Source of the DNA: Clostridia bacterium
GTDB lineage: Bacteria > Bacillota > Clostridia > UMGS1883
Direction: 5' to 3'
Assembly (NCBI GenBank): GCA_045615265.1
Contig: JAZLEL010000067.1
Location: 1 to 51,787 of the forward strand
Length of the DNA stretch: 51,787 nt
In this document: positions 18,714 to 29,452 of the stretch, in pieces
How the letters are laid out: each line of letters begins with the position of its first letter
How positions within the stretch are numbered: position 1 is the stretch's first letter
Notes under the pieces: model-generated
The model's database searches: none
Told to the model about the DNA's origin: nothing
The model's input: only the letters and a program-made list of their open reading frames with translations
Translations under genes and position numbers: made by a program

Positions 18714-20066
18714 TTAATTTTTAAGACTATGCATAGGAGCAGGGATTCTGCCTCCTCGCTCTATAAATCTGGTGCATCCGTACTGATTTACAGGCATTAC
18801 AGGGCCTGTTCCCAAAAGTCCACCGAATTCAACCACGTCCCCTACCTTTTTACCAGGCGCGGGGATAATCCTAAGTGCCGTTGTTTTAGTATTTATTACA
18901 CCGATTGCAACCTCGTCAGCAAGTATTCCCGAAATAGTTTCTGCAGACGTATCTCCGGGAACAACAACCATATCGATACCAACGGAGCAAACACAGGTCA
19001 TTGCCTCAAGCTTTTCAAGGGAAAGCGCACCGCATTTAACTGCGTCAATCATTCCTGCATCTTCGCTGACAGGAATAAACGCACCGCTTAATCCACCCAC
19101 GTATGAAGATGCCATTACTCCGCCTTTTTTAACAGCATCATTAAGTAGTGCAAGTGCTGCCGTTGTACCGGGTGCACCACATTTTTCCACGCCAATTTCC
19201 TCAAGAATATGTGCTACACTATCGCCGATTGCAGGGGTTGGTGCCAAAGAAAGGTCAACTATACCTGCCTGTGCCCCAAGTCTTTGTGCGGCTTCACCTG
19301 CTACAAGCTGTCCCATACGGGTAATCTTAAACGCAGTCTTTTTAATAGTGTCTGCAACTACGCCAAAATCTTCGCCACGCACTTTTTCAAGAGCTTTTTT
19401 TACAACGCCCGGTCCGCTTACACCTACGTTTATTACACATTCGCCCTCTCCTGTACCATGAAAGGCACCTGCCATAAAAGGATTATCCTCAACAGCGTTT
19501 GCAAAAACAACAAGCTTTGCACATCCAAAACCGTCACGGTCAGAGGAAAGCTCGGCAGTTTTCTTTATAATTCTGCCCATCTGCCTAACGGCATCCATGG
19601 AAATACCTGCCTTTGTTGAGCCAACATTCACGCTGGAGCATATTTTATTCGTTGTACAAAGTGCTTCGGGAATAGTTTCTATAAAATCATATTCACCCTT
19701 TGTATATCCCTTTTGTACGAGTGCGGAATAACCACCTATAAAATTAACACCTGTTGTATCGGCAGCACGGTCAAGTGCTTTTGCAAACTTTATATAATCA
19801 CCGCACGCTGAACCAACAATAGATATTGGTGTTACAGAAATACGTTTATTTATGATAGGTATACCGAACTCTTTCTCCAGCTGTTCGCCAACAGGAACAA
19901 GCCTTTCTGCAAGTCGGGTAACCTTATCGTATACACGCTGTGCCGCGATTTCAGAATCCTCCCCTATACAATCAAGCAGAGAAATTCCCATTGTAATAGT
20001 ACGGATGTCAAGGTGCTCATTATCTACCATATTAATGGTTTCCATTATTTCAAAAGGATTTATCAT
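18714..20066 (-). CDS. UPF0210 / DUF711 family protein (PFL4705-like)
   Basis: It is 450 aa. The N-terminus [27 protein letters not shown] and the overall Gly/Ala-rich TIM-like pattern match my memory of UPF0210. Confidence 0.8.
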   Translation of the reverse strand: MINPFEIMETINMVDNEHLDIRTITMGISLLDCIGEDSEIAAQRVYDKVTRLAERLVPVGEQLEKEFGIPIINKRISVTPISIVGSACGDYIKFAKALDRAADTTGVNFIGGYSALVQKGYTKGEYDFIETIPEALCTTNKICSSVNVGSTKAGISMDAVRQMGRIIKKTAELSSDRDGFGCAKLVVFANAVEDNPFMAGAFHGTGEGECVINVGVSGPGVVKKALEKVRGEDFGVVADTIKKTAFKITRMGQLVAGEAAQRLGAQAGIVDLSLAPTPAIGDSVAHILEEIGVEKCGAPGTTAALALLNDAVKKGGVMASSYVGGLSGAFIPVSEDAGMIDAVKCGALSLEKLEAMTCVCSVGIDMVVVPGDTSAETISGILADEVAIGVINTKTTALRIIPAPGKKVGDVVEFGGLLGTGPVMPVNQYGCTRFIERGGRIPAPMHSLKN

Positions 20067-20083
20067 TATATTCTCTCCTTTCC

Positions 20084-20353
20084 TTAGATTCTGTGCATAG
20101 AATCAAAAACAGTTTTATGACGCACCTGAATTTTCTGACCGAGCTTTTCACCCAGAGCCTTCAATTTATTCACTGCTTCGTTAAAAGGTATTTTTGATGA
20201 TTCCATATCTACAATCATAACCATTAGAAACTGGTTATCGTAGGTTGTCTGCGATATGTCAATAATATTAATTTCATGTTTAGCAAGTAGCGCACTTACC
20301 TTGGCGATAATGCCTACTGAATCCTTGCCCATGACAGTAATTACAGATTTCAA
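20084..20353 (-). CDS. ACT domain-containing protein (UPF0237 family)
   Basis: (L/M)[35 protein letters not shown] is an ACT fold. Start reassigned to TTG 20353, with GGAGG 7 nt upstream. The gene lies 17 nt upstream of the UPF0210 gene. Confidence 0.8.
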   Translation of the reverse strand: MKSVITVMGKDSVGIIAKVSALLAKHEINIIDISQTTYDNQFLMVMIVDMESSKIPFNEAVNKLKALGEKLGQKIQVRHKTVFDSMHRI

Positions 20354-20429
20354 GTGTATTCCTCCATATTCTTTTATACTAAAATAAAGCCATGCAGTTA
20401 TTATAACACTGCATGGTATAAAATTCAAG

Positions 20430-20678
20430 TCAATTAGTCTTATTTTTTAACTCATCAATACAACCGCTGCAAACATTTTTTTCGTGGTATATAAATATAT
20501 CTTCCTTGCTTCCGCAGAAAATACATGACGGGTTATATTTTTTAAGTACAATACTCTCCCCTTCAACGTAAATCTCCAGCGGGTCACGCAGCGAAATATC
20601 AAGAGTCCTTCTAAGTTCTATTGGGAGAACAATTCTTCCAAGCTCATCAACCTTGCGGACAATACCTGTGGATTTCAT
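20430..20678 (-). CDS. abrB: AbrB-family transition-state regulator, variant with a C-terminal 4-Cys motif
   Basis: MKSTGIVRKVDELGRIVLPIELRRTLDISLRDPLEIYVEGESIVLKKY is nearly the canonical AbrB N-domain. The C-terminus has CIFC...CSGC. GGAAGGAG lies 8 nt upstream of ATG 20678. Confidence 0.85.
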   Translation of the reverse strand: MKSTGIVRKVDELGRIVLPIELRRTLDISLRDPLEIYVEGESIVLKKYNPSCIFCGSKEDIFIYHEKNVCSGCIDELKNKTN

Positions 20679-20872
20679 TAAAACATCTCCTTCCAAAATA
20701 TTACAATTATAATATAACAGACTTTGTGCGTAAGGTCAACAGATATAATGTTAATATTTTATGAATTTCGACATATTTTTTCTTTCAGCCAAAACTGCGG
20801 TGTTGCTTTTTTCCCTATGTTATGATATAATTTTCAGGTAAGCTCTTATACACTTTAAAAGGAGGATTTTAT

Positions 20873-22108
20873 ATGATTAACAAGGATAAACTTAAAGGAT
20901 TTTTGGCAGGCGCGACGCTTGCAGCTATTCTTTGCTCTACAACGGTTTTTGCGGACAATATTTCAAAAACGGTGACAGCCGTATACAACAATATTAAGAT
21001 TATGATTAACGGAGAGGAAATTGTCCCCAGAGATACAAACGGAAATGTTGTAGAACCATTTATTATAGACGGAACAACCTATCTCCCCGTTCGTGCTATT
21101 GCAACAGCACTCGGTCAAGAGGTAAACTGGGACGGAAATACTAACAGTGTTTACATAGGAAAACTGCCCGACGGGAAAGATGGATTTCATGTAGATAGCG
21201 ATACTTTGAAACCTTTCTCCAAAAAAGAACTTCTTTCAATAAACTCAACACCTGTAAACGGCGGTATATTCAATTTCTATATCACCAATAACGCAATTGA
21301 TGAATATATGAGTTACAGTTGTGATAACTATTCACCCTTCGGCACATTACAGACTCTTACAATTGAATCTGTTCCTGCTGCAAAGTTCCATACGGAACAA
21401 GCACGTGAAAACATTAAATTTATTTATTCTGTATGCGATGATGCCCAAAAGACAGGATTTGCAAAAAATGCAGACGTTATAGAAGAAGTTGAACAAGAAT
21501 GGAAATCATATATAGACCAAATGGGAGGTAAGGAAGCACTCTCTGCTTTTGCGGAGGAATGTTCCATTACACTTAACGATTTGGAGATTTTAGCGAGAAA
21601 AACATTTTTGTCAACACTTTATATAGAAAAAATGTATGAAAGCAAGCTGGAAGAAATATATGATTCGGAAGAATCCATAGATAATCTCAGCAAAAACTTC
21701 ATTACAGCGAAGCATATCCTTGTTAAGGACGAAGCACTGGCAAAAGAGATAATAAGAAGACTTAATAAGGGCGAAAAATTCGATGAACTTATGAAAGAGC
21801 ATAATATTGACGCAGGTGCAACGGAGTCGGGATACACCTTTACATATGGCGAGATGGTTGAGCCTTTTGAAAAGGCTGCATTTTCCCTTGAGGAAAACAC
21901 CTATACAAAGGAGCCTGTTAAATCCGAATTTGGATACCATATTATATACCGCATTCCCGTGAATGAAACGGAGCTATCCAATGCTATTGATAACCAAATA
22001 CATATGCTTGCAACGGAAGCTACGAACAATTATTTTACCGAACTTTCAGAAAAGGCATCTGTAACATACACATCTCAATATGAAAGATATATTACAACTA
22101 TAAAATAA
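20873..22108 (+). CDS. secreted parvulin-type peptidyl-prolyl isomerase (PrsA-like) with an N-terminal copper-amine-oxidase-N1 'stalk' domain
   Basis: It has a signal peptide. The stalk domain reads INGEEIVPRDTNGNVVEPFIIDGTTYLPVRAIATALGQEVNWDGNTNSVYI. The parvulin core reads AKHILVKDEALAKEII..GEMVEPFEKAAFSL..SEFGYHIIYR. Confidence 0.8.
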   Translation: MINKDKLKGFLAGATLAAILCSTTVFADNISKTVTAVYNNIKIMINGEEIVPRDTNGNVVEPFIIDGTTYLPVRAIATALGQEVNWDGNTNSVYIGKLPDGKDGFHVDSDTLKPFSKKELLSINSTPVNGGIFNFYITNNAIDEYMSYSCDNYSPFGTLQTLTIESVPAAKFHTEQARENIKFIYSVCDDAQKTGFAKNADVIEEVEQEWKSYIDQMGGKEALSAFAEECSITLNDLEILARKTFLSTLYIEKMYESKLEEIYDSEESIDNLSKNFITAKHILVKDEALAKEIIRRLNKGEKFDELMKEHNIDAGATESGYTFTYGEMVEPFEKAAFSLEENTYTKEPVKSEFGYHIIYRIPVNETELSNAIDNQIHMLATEATNNYFTELSEKASVTYTSQYERYITTIK

Positions 22109-22120
22109 GGACTATACATT

Positions 22121-24502
22121 ATGGCAATAAAAAAATCAGTATTACCCACTATCCCTGTACGAGGGTTTGTTATATTTCCCAAAACAGTGTTTCACTTTGA
22201 TGTAGCACGTGAGAAAAGCAAAAACGCTGTTTTAAAGGCAGTTTCATCTGACGGTCTGATATTTCTGGCAGCACAGAAAGACGATATGATTGAAGAGCCT
22301 AAAGAAAGCGATGTTAATACTTTTGGTATTATTGCAAAAATTAAGCAGATTTTAAAATTGCCTGACGGCTGCCTCAGAATCTTAGTAGAAGGCGAATCAA
22401 GAGGCAAGCTTAACGGCTCGTTTGTAAAGGATTTGCTTTATGAGGGTGAAGTAACCTATAAAAATTCCTCTGTCCGTGATTTGTCAACGGAGGAATATTC
22501 GGCTTTCCTCAATCAGATTCATTATCTTATTAATAACTACATTGAATTAAATCCTAAACTTGGCAATGAAAATTTCCTTAAAGACCTTCCGGAAACTAAT
22601 CCATCAGAATTTTGCGATAGCATTGCTTCAAACATCCTTCGTGACAACAATGATAAGCAAACACTCCTTGAAACTCTCAACGTAAAAAAGAGACTTCTTA
22701 ATCTTATAGACATTATGACAAAAGAAGTTAAAATTCTTGATATTGAGAGTATAATTGCAGCTAAAGTAAAACACCAGATGGATGAGCATAATCATGAATA
22801 CTATCTTCGTGAACAGCTTAAAGCAATTCATGAAGAGCTTGGCGATGATAAAGATGACGAGATTTTTGAACTTAGGGAAAAAATTGAAAGCATACCGCTC
22901 CCTGACGAGGTTTATAACAAAGCTTTAAAGGAACTGAGAATATTTGAAAAGCTCTCTCCCACCTCCCCTGAAAGCAACATTTCAAGAAATTACCTTGACC
23001 TTATCTGCTCACTTCCGTGGGATACCTATACCGAGGAAACAAATAACCTTGACGATGCACATAGGATTTTAGAGCGTGACCATTATGGTATGGATAAGGT
23101 TAAAAAAAGAATAATCGAACAAATTGCAGTAATTAACAGAAGCAAAAATCCATCAGGCAGTATACTGTGCCTGCTTGGCGCTCCCGGTGTGGGAAAAACC
23201 TCTATCGCAAAATCTATTGCCGAAGCGACAGGTAGAAACTATGTAAGAATAAGTCTTGGCGGAATGAAAGATGAGTCTGAGCTTAGAGGACACAGAAAAA
23301 CATATGTAGGTGCGATGCCCGGAAGAATTGTAAATGCCTTAAAACAGGCGAAGTCTTCAAACCCACTTATTCTGTTGGATGAAATTGATAAAATAGGCTC
23401 AGACTATAAGGGGGACCCTGCATCTGCTCTCCTTGAAATTCTTGACGGTGAACAGAATGTCTCATTTAGAGATAACTACCTTGAAGTCGGGCTTGACCTT
23501 TCAAAGGTATTATTCATAGCTACGGCAAATGATTTATCAACAATCCCCTCTCCTCTTCTGGACAGATTGGAAGTTCTTGAGCTTTCCAGCTATACTGCGG
23601 AGGAAAAATTTAACATAGCAAAAAAACATCTTATTCCAAAACAGCTTTTAAAGCATAATTTAGATAAGAAATCATTAAAAATTTCTGACAGTGCCATAAG
23701 AGAAATTATCCTCTCATACACACGCGAAAGTGGTGTGAGAAAGCTGGAGAGGGAAATCGCCGCAATCTGTCGAAAATGCGTTGTTAAACTGTCCGAAGGT
23801 GAAATTTCAGTATCTATAACTCAAAAAAATCTTAAAGATTTTCTGGGTGCAAAAAAATATACAGATACCACTCTTTCTTCCTCTTTGGAAGTAGGGCTTG
23901 TAAACGGACTTGCGTGGACCCAGACTGGCGGCGAAATGCTTCAATGCGAGGCTGTTGCACTTCCCGGAACAGGAAAAATACAAATCACAGGAAAGCTTGG
24001 CGATGTGATGAAAGAATCTGTTCAGGCGGCAATATCCTTTGTTCGTTCAATAGCACACACTCTTGAAATAGAAGCTGATTTCTATGAAAAAAAGGATATA
24101 CATATTCACTTCCCTGAAGGCGCAATTCCAAAGGACGGCCCCAGTGCAGGAATAACGGTTGCAACTGCTGTTGCGAGTGCCCTGTCGGGATATCCCGTCC
24201 GCGGCGATATTGCAATGACGGGTGAAATTTCCCTGCGTGGAAGAGTCCTGCCGATAGGTGGGCTTAAAGAAAAATCTCTTGCAGCATACAGAATGGGTAT
24301 CCGTAATATAATTATTCCTGAAGGAAACCTTAAGGATTTAGAGGAAATTCCTGAGGAAATAAGAAGTGCTATTTCTTTTCATCCGGTAGAGCATTGCAAT
24401 GAGGTTATAAAGATGGCACTCTGCTTTAAAAAAGAGAAAAAGAAAACACAATTAACTTTAGGAGAGGAAAGGAGTATAGTATATGAATATTCACAATGTT
24501 AA
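22121..24502 (+). CDS. lon: ATP-dependent endopeptidase La (Lon protease)
   Basis: It has the LON N-domain, Walker A (GAPGVGKTS) and Walker B (ILLDEIDK). The proteolytic site is [19 protein letters not shown]. Length is 793 aa. Confidence 0.95.
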   Translation: MAIKKSVLPTIPVRGFVIFPKTVFHFDVAREKSKNAVLKAVSSDGLIFLAAQKDDMIEEPKESDVNTFGIIAKIKQILKLPDGCLRILVEGESRGKLNGSFVKDLLYEGEVTYKNSSVRDLSTEEYSAFLNQIHYLINNYIELNPKLGNENFLKDLPETNPSEFCDSIASNILRDNNDKQTLLETLNVKKRLLNLIDIMTKEVKILDIESIIAAKVKHQMDEHNHEYYLREQLKAIHEELGDDKDDEIFELREKIESIPLPDEVYNKALKELRIFEKLSPTSPESNISRNYLDLICSLPWDTYTEETNNLDDAHRILERDHYGMDKVKKRIIEQIAVINRSKNPSGSILCLLGAPGVGKTSIAKSIAEATGRNYVRISLGGMKDESELRGHRKTYVGAMPGRIVNALKQAKSSNPLILLDEIDKIGSDYKGDPASALLEILDGEQNVSFRDNYLEVGLDLSKVLFIATANDLSTIPSPLLDRLEVLELSSYTAEEKFNIAKKHLIPKQLLKHNLDKKSLKISDSAIREIILSYTRESGVRKLEREIAAICRKCVVKLSEGEISVSITQKNLKDFLGAKKYTDTTLSSSLEVGLVNGLAWTQTGGEMLQCEAVALPGTGKIQITGKLGDVMKESVQAAISFVRSIAHTLEIEADFYEKKDIHIHFPEGAIPKDGPSAGITVATAVASALSGYPVRGDIAMTGEISLRGRVLPIGGLKEKSLAAYRMGIRNIIIPEGNLKDLEEIPEEIRSAISFHPVEHCNEVIKMALCFKKEKKKTQLTLGEERSIVYEYSQC

Positions 24503-25073
24503 TCTTACTATATCTGCTGTATCTCCTAAGCAGTATCCTGATACAACTTTTCCCGATATCGCATTTGCAGGGCGAAGCAATGTAGGAAAAAGTTCATTCA
24601 TTAATAAAATGCTTAACCGCAAAAGTCTTGCAAGAACGAGTTCAAAGCCAGGCAAAACAGCAACAATAAATTTTTACAACATAGACGACACAATTAACTT
24701 TGTAGATTTGCCCGGTTACGGTTACGCTAAGGTAAGCAAGGATGAAAAGAAAAAATGGGGCAATATGATTGAAAAGTATCTTGACACCCGTGAAACTCTT
24801 GCCTGCACAGTACTTTTAGTAGATGCACGCCATAAGCCTACAAATGATGATTTAATTATGCTTAATTACATCAGAGAAAGGCACGGCTTTGCATTTGTTG
24901 TTGCTACTAAGTGCGACAAAATTCCTAAAACTAAGCTAAACGACCATTTGGACGAAATTTATTTTACATTGGAGCTTGAAGATGATGATATTATGATGCC
25001 GTTCAGTGCTGAAACCGGTATGGGCAGTGAAGAAATATGGGAAGCCATAAAAGAATTGTGCGAAGTTGAATAA
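24483..25073 (+). CDS. engB: ribosome biogenesis GTP-binding protein YihA/YsxC (EngB)
   Basis: [12 protein letters not shown] is G1, DLPGYGYA is G3 and TKCDK is G4. It overlaps the lon 3' end by 20 nt. lon-ysxC synteny is classical in Firmicutes. Confidence 0.9.
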   Translation: MNIHNVNLTISAVSPKQYPDTTFPDIAFAGRSNVGKSSFINKMLNRKSLARTSSKPGKTATINFYNIDDTINFVDLPGYGYAKVSKDEKKKWGNMIEKYLDTRETLACTVLLVDARHKPTNDDLIMLNYIRERHGFAFVVATKCDKIPKTKLNDHLDEIYFTLELEDDDIMMPFSAETGMGSEEIWEAIKELCEVE

Positions 25074-25115
25074 TTTTACACAATCTTAAAAATATTATAA
25101 ATGAGGTGTATGAAA

Positions 25116-25649
25116 ATGAAATTTGAAGGAACAAAAACAGAGAAAAACCTACTTGCAGCATTTGCAGGAGAATCACAGGCTAGAAATAAGTATACTTACT
25201 TCGCTTCTGTGGCAAAGAAAGAAGGCTATCAGCAGATTGCTGCAATTTTTGAGCAGACTGCTAACAACGAAAAAGAGCATGCAAAGCTTTGGTTTAAGGC
25301 ACTTGAGCTTCTTGGAAATACTCCTGAAAACCTTAAGGCTGCTGCTGAAGGCGAAAACTATGAATGGACAGATATGTACAAGACTTTTGCAGAAGATGCT
25401 GAAGCAGAAGGCTTTACTGAACTTGCTGCACAGTTCCGTGCCGTTGCAGAAATCGAAAAGTCCCATGAAGAACGCTACCGTGCTCTTTTAAATAATGTTG
25501 AAATGCAGAAAGTATTTGAAAAGGCAGAAGAAGAAATCTGGGAATGCAGAAACTGTGGTCATCTTGTAATGGGTAAAAAAGCTCCCCTTGTTTGCCCCGT
25601 ATGTAAGCATCCTCAAAGCTACTTCGAAGTAAGAAAAGAAAATTATTGA
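25116..25649 (+). CDS. rbr: rubrerythrin
   Basis: It has a diiron four-helix bundle ([13 protein letters not shown]..., [23 protein letters not shown]). A C-terminal rubredoxin-like CRNCG...CPVC follows. GAGGTG lies 7 nt upstream of ATG 25116. Confidence 0.92.
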   Translation: MKFEGTKTEKNLLAAFAGESQARNKYTYFASVAKKEGYQQIAAIFEQTANNEKEHAKLWFKALELLGNTPENLKAAAEGENYEWTDMYKTFAEDAEAEGFTELAAQFRAVAEIEKSHEERYRALLNNVEMQKVFEKAEEEIWECRNCGHLVMGKKAPLVCPVCKHPQSYFEVRKENY

Positions 25650-25657
25650 TCTGAAAT

Positions 25658-25696
25658 AAAAAATGCTGAATGATTTATAATCATTCAGCATTTTTT
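25658..25696. terminator. bidirectional rho-independent terminator (rubrerythrin / DD-carboxypeptidase convergent pair)
   Basis: AAAAA-ATGCTGAATGATT-tat-AATCATTCAGCAT-TTTTT, a 13-bp perfect stem. Confidence 0.8.
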
Positions 25697-27069
25697 CATT
25701 CAATATCATCTATGCTTCTTAATAATTCTCTGTTTCTTTTGTTTCGTGCATCACGGCGTTTTTTTCTTAAAATTCTCCTGCGTCTGCGTTCCGCCATAAT
25801 AAATATAAATATTACCAGTGCTATTGCTACAAACAACCATGGAGATGTAACAAACGCTATAATTTTGTTTACCACAAATGTAACAGGATCAAGCTTATAA
25901 CTTTTTTCAGCCAAAAGATTTACAGTTCCTATGGAATTACCATCAATAAAGTATTCACGTGTTCCTATTTTTTCATTCTTTTCAACAGGGGCACTTACAT
26001 TTGACTTGATAGAATCCTCATGTGTTATCTCCACATTTTCTAAATCTCTGGATTTGATAATTGAAACTGTGTTCTCGGCTTTTAATATCAGCTTTTTTTC
26101 ACGCCTTGCATTTACAAGCTCTGTCTGAGCGACAATATCACCCTCTTGGATAATAGTCTGCGAAACATAATTATCAAAAACAAAGTCAAACATCGCCTTG
26201 CAGTCAGCAAAGCTCTGTGCAACATTATCTATGGTTTCCGCCTCAAATACCAATGCAAGAAGTTTCATTGAATTTTTTTCTGCAGATGCCGCAATACAAC
26301 TCTTTGCCTCGACAGTATATCCAGTCTTTATACCAGTGGAATATTTATAGTAATAATCATTTCTTAATAAATTACTTACAAAATGGTTTCTGTTTGTAAT
26401 TTTACGTGCCGTATGGCTTTTCTCCGTCGCCGGTATGCTGTAAGACTGACACTTTACAATTTCCTGAAAAGTTTCATTCTGCATGGCGGTCCTTGAAAGA
26501 ATTGCCATATCTAAAGCAGTAGTATAATGACGTTCATCATGCTCACCTGTGGGATTGGTGAAGTTTGTATTCTTCATTCCCAGCTTTTTAGCACGGGAGT
26601 TCATAAGCTTAACAAATTCCTCTATGCTTCCCGATGTATTCTCTGCCAAAACATTTGCCGCATCAGACGCAGATGAAAGAAGCATTCCGTAAAGGAGCTG
26701 CCTTACTGAAAGCCTCTCCCCTTTTATAATCCCCATTTTATTATCCCCTGCACGAACATTTGAAAGTGCAGATTCACTTGCTGTAACAAGCTCCTCAAGG
26801 TTGCAATTTTCAAGCACGAGAAGTGCCGTCATTATATTGGTTAATGCTGCAGGATAAGCCTTGCTTTCAGCACCCTTTTTATAAATAATAGCACCTGTTT
26901 TCATATCCATAAGGATAGCGTGGGGCGATTTTGCAGTTATTGTTTCTACTTTATTTTCAGTATTTATTTTTTCACTGTTATCGCTCTTTTCCCCTTGTAC
27001 TGCACAAGCATTAAAAGATGAGAACAGTATTATAATTATCAAAACACAAGTTATTATCTTGTTTTTCAT
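25696..27069 (-). CDS. D-alanyl-D-alanine carboxypeptidase (peptidase S11, PBP5 type) with a C-terminal TM anchor and polybasic tail
   Basis: It has a signal peptide and the motifs YPAALTNIMTA (SxxK-type region), SASDAAN and KTGYT. The PBP5 C-domain is followed by a TM helix and RRRRRILRKKRRDARNKRNR. Confidence 0.85.
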   Translation of the reverse strand: MKNKIITCVLIIIILFSSFNACAVQGEKSDNSEKINTENKVETITAKSPHAILMDMKTGAIIYKKGAESKAYPAALTNIMTALLVLENCNLEELVTASESALSNVRAGDNKMGIIKGERLSVRQLLYGMLLSSASDAANVLAENTSGSIEEFVKLMNSRAKKLGMKNTNFTNPTGEHDERHYTTALDMAILSRTAMQNETFQEIVKCQSYSIPATEKSHTARKITNRNHFVSNLLRNDYYYKYSTGIKTGYTVEAKSCIAASAEKNSMKLLALVFEAETIDNVAQSFADCKAMFDFVFDNYVSQTIIQEGDIVAQTELVNARREKKLILKAENTVSIIKSRDLENVEITHEDSIKSNVSAPVEKNEKIGTREYFIDGNSIGTVNLLAEKSYKLDPVTFVVNKIIAFVTSPWLFVAIALVIFIFIMAERRRRRILRKKRRDARNKRNRELLRSIDDIE

Positions 27070-27073
27070 CTGA

Positions 27074-28237
27074 TTATTTATCCTCTTTCAAACTATTTAC
27101 AGCAGCTATAAATGCCTTATCATTTTCTATATCAGTCTCTGTTTTTTCTGCGACTACTAATATATCAGGTGCAATGGACTCATTAATCCATTTTCCGTCA
27201 GGAGTATAATTTCTGCACGTTGTTATTTTAAGTGCTCCCTCAGAGCTATCAAGCGGGTTAATATAGCGTATGGTCTGGCTTACACCCTTACCATAAGTTT
27301 TTTCACCTACAATAATTGCTCTGCCGTTTGATTGCATTGAGCCTGCAAATATTTCTGATGCACTTGCCGTAGAGCCATTTACAAGAATCGCAAGCGGCAA
27401 GGAACAACTTCCTTTTTCGGCATTGTACACTTTCTTCTTTCCGTTTTTATCAATGGTATACATAATCATTTTATCTTCTAAAAACAGATCGCACATTTTA
27501 ATTGAGCTTGTAAATTCTCCGCCTGGGTTATTACGTACATCAACAACTATTCCTTTGATATTGCTGTCAAGATTTTTAACAATACGTTCAAATTCATCCA
27601 TTGAATTAGCTGTAAAGCCGCTATATCTTATATAACAGATATCATCAATGATTTTAGACGTTACCTTATACATATCTATTTTTTCTCGTTTTAAGGTAAC
27701 TGTCAATTCCTCACCCTGACGCAGTATTGTAATTTGCATACTTTTACTCAAAGGCTCTTTTTCGTCAACGCCTTTCATATAGGTAACAGCATCCGCTATT
27801 TTCGATGCAGGATATTCTACACCGTCAATAGCCTTTATTAAATCACCGCTTTTTATTCCTGCCTTGTCAGCCGGTGAATCTTCATATGCAGATATGACTT
27901 CCATATATCCTTTTTGTGTATTTGCGAATACCTCAACGCCTATTCCTACATAATGCCCCTCTATCATCTGCATTGTCTTTTGGGCATTTTCCTCATCGTA
28001 ATAGACGGCATACTTATCTCCTAAAGACTCTAAGACAGCGTTTATTGCATTTTCCTCACATCTATTGCGATCATATTTTTCAACATACGAGGTTTCTATA
28101 ATTCCTATAACCTTCATAAGTTTTTCAAACGGCACATCATATTTTAAAAGTATGACAAAAACCGCCGTCATCAAAAGTACAATAGTTAAAACAAACGTTA
28201 TTAAAACTGTAAATAGAGTTTTTTTACTGTTTTTCAC
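27074..28237 (-). CDS. S41 family C-terminal processing peptidase (Ctp)
   Basis: It has an N-terminal TM helix and a PDZ domain (GIGVEV...PADKAGIKSGDLIKAIDG). The catalytic regions are NPGGEF and GSTASASEIFAG..GEKTYGKG. Confidence 0.88.
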   Translation of the reverse strand: MKNSKKTLFTVLITFVLTIVLLMTAVFVILLKYDVPFEKLMKVIGIIETSYVEKYDRNRCEENAINAVLESLGDKYAVYYDEENAQKTMQMIEGHYVGIGVEVFANTQKGYMEVISAYEDSPADKAGIKSGDLIKAIDGVEYPASKIADAVTYMKGVDEKEPLSKSMQITILRQGEELTVTLKREKIDMYKVTSKIIDDICYIRYSGFTANSMDEFERIVKNLDSNIKGIVVDVRNNPGGEFTSSIKMCDLFLEDKMIMYTIDKNGKKKVYNAEKGSCSLPLAILVNGSTASASEIFAGSMQSNGRAIIVGEKTYGKGVSQTIRYINPLDSSEGALKITTCRNYTPDGKWINESIAPDILVVAEKTETDIENDKAFIAAVNSLKEDK

Positions 28238-28261
28238 TGAATAAACCTGCCTGTCTTAAAC

Positions 28262-29416
28262 TTATTTCAAATACTGGAGAGGATCTGTCGTAGAGCCGTT
28301 TACTCTCACTTCAAAGTGAAGGTGCGGGCCTGTTGAAACACCTGTTGAGCCGACCTTTGCAATTGTCTGTCCCTTAGTAACTTTGTCACCTACTGACACA
28401 AGAAGTGTGCTGCAGTGACCGTATAGTGTTGTAATTCCGCTTCCGTGATTAATAATTACACATTTACCGTAGCCGCCGTTTGTTGTAGCCATTGTTACAA
28501 CTCCGTCACCGGCTGCAACAATTGCAAGGCCATAGCCCGCTCCGACATCGATACCTGTGTGGAATTTTTTTGTTTTATATACGGGATGAATTCTGTACCC
28601 ATAATAGCTTGTAATTCGCTGGCTACCGGGAACAGGCCATGCAAATCTTCCCCCCGTATACTTTACAGGATTGGAGGAATAAGAAAATGCATTTTGATTT
28701 TGCTTTATCATAGCTGCTTCTGCAGCCTCAGCAGCCTCATAAATTGCCTTATACTTTTCAAGGTCGGCAGTTGCCTCTTGAAGAAGCTTTTGCTTTTGTT
28801 CAAGAGTTGCGTCAAGAGCTGCTTTTCTTGATTCAAGATTTTCGGCATTTTCTTCCTGACGGACAAGTATGTCCTCAAGCTCTTGCTTTGCTGCAGTAAT
28901 TTTCTTTTTAGTATCCTCAAGCATATTAAGGATATCCTTATCATATTCCATAAGCTGAGAAATCATTTCTAATTTCGAAAGAAAGTCACTGAAATTTTTT
29001 GCCCCAAAGAGTATTTCTATATATTTAATCGTACTGTTTTCATACATTACTCTTGCACGGGTGAGGAAAATTTCTTCATATTCTTTATAATTTTCCTCTG
29101 CAACTTTTAATTCTTCTTCTTTGAGAATTATATCACTCTTTGTCTGTTCGATTTGTTTTTCAATGATATCGATTTCTGTTTCAGTGTCATTTATCTGCTT
29201 ATCTATTGCATTATATTCTGCCAACACGGCTTTTTGCCTGTCCTCGGCAGTTTGTGCGTCCTTTTTTGCGTCTTTGGTTTTTTTGTTCGCTTCCTTCAAT
29301 TGCTGCTGAGTAGCCGCCATGGCAGGAACTATCACTGATGTCAAAAACGCCATTGCAACAAGAGTCGCACATAAAATTGCAAGAATACGTTTCAGTTTAT
29401 CGTTTTTTCTGTTCAT
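28262..29416 (-). CDS. M23 family metallopeptidase with a long N-terminal coiled coil (EnvC/PcsB-like architecture)
   Basis: A TM/signal segment is followed by ~230 aa of heptad-rich coiled coil. The M23 motifs are HTGIDVGAG..., GGYGKCVIINHG and GPHLHFEV. Start is at M8, with AAGGAG 9 nt upstream. Confidence 0.88.
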   Translation of the reverse strand: MNRKNDKLKRILAILCATLVAMAFLTSVIVPAMAATQQQLKEANKKTKDAKKDAQTAEDRQKAVLAEYNAIDKQINDTETEIDIIEKQIEQTKSDIILKEEELKVAEENYKEYEEIFLTRARVMYENSTIKYIEILFGAKNFSDFLSKLEMISQLMEYDKDILNMLEDTKKKITAAKQELEDILVRQEENAENLESRKAALDATLEQKQKLLQEATADLEKYKAIYEAAEAAEAAMIKQNQNAFSYSSNPVKYTGGRFAWPVPGSQRITSYYGYRIHPVYKTKKFHTGIDVGAGYGLAIVAAGDGVVTMATTNGGYGKCVIINHGSGITTLYGHCSTLLVSVGDKVTKGQTIAKVGSTGVSTGPHLHFEVRVNGSTTDPLQYLK

Positions 29417-29452
29417 TGAGGATTTCTCCTTTCGCACAAAACCTGCCGATAT

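Noticed and set aside
25123-25491. 122-aa (+) and 97-aa (-) ORFs overlapping rubrerythrin
   Set aside because: They are alternative-frame or antisense ORFs inside an unmistakable rubrerythrin gene. They have no independent start signals.
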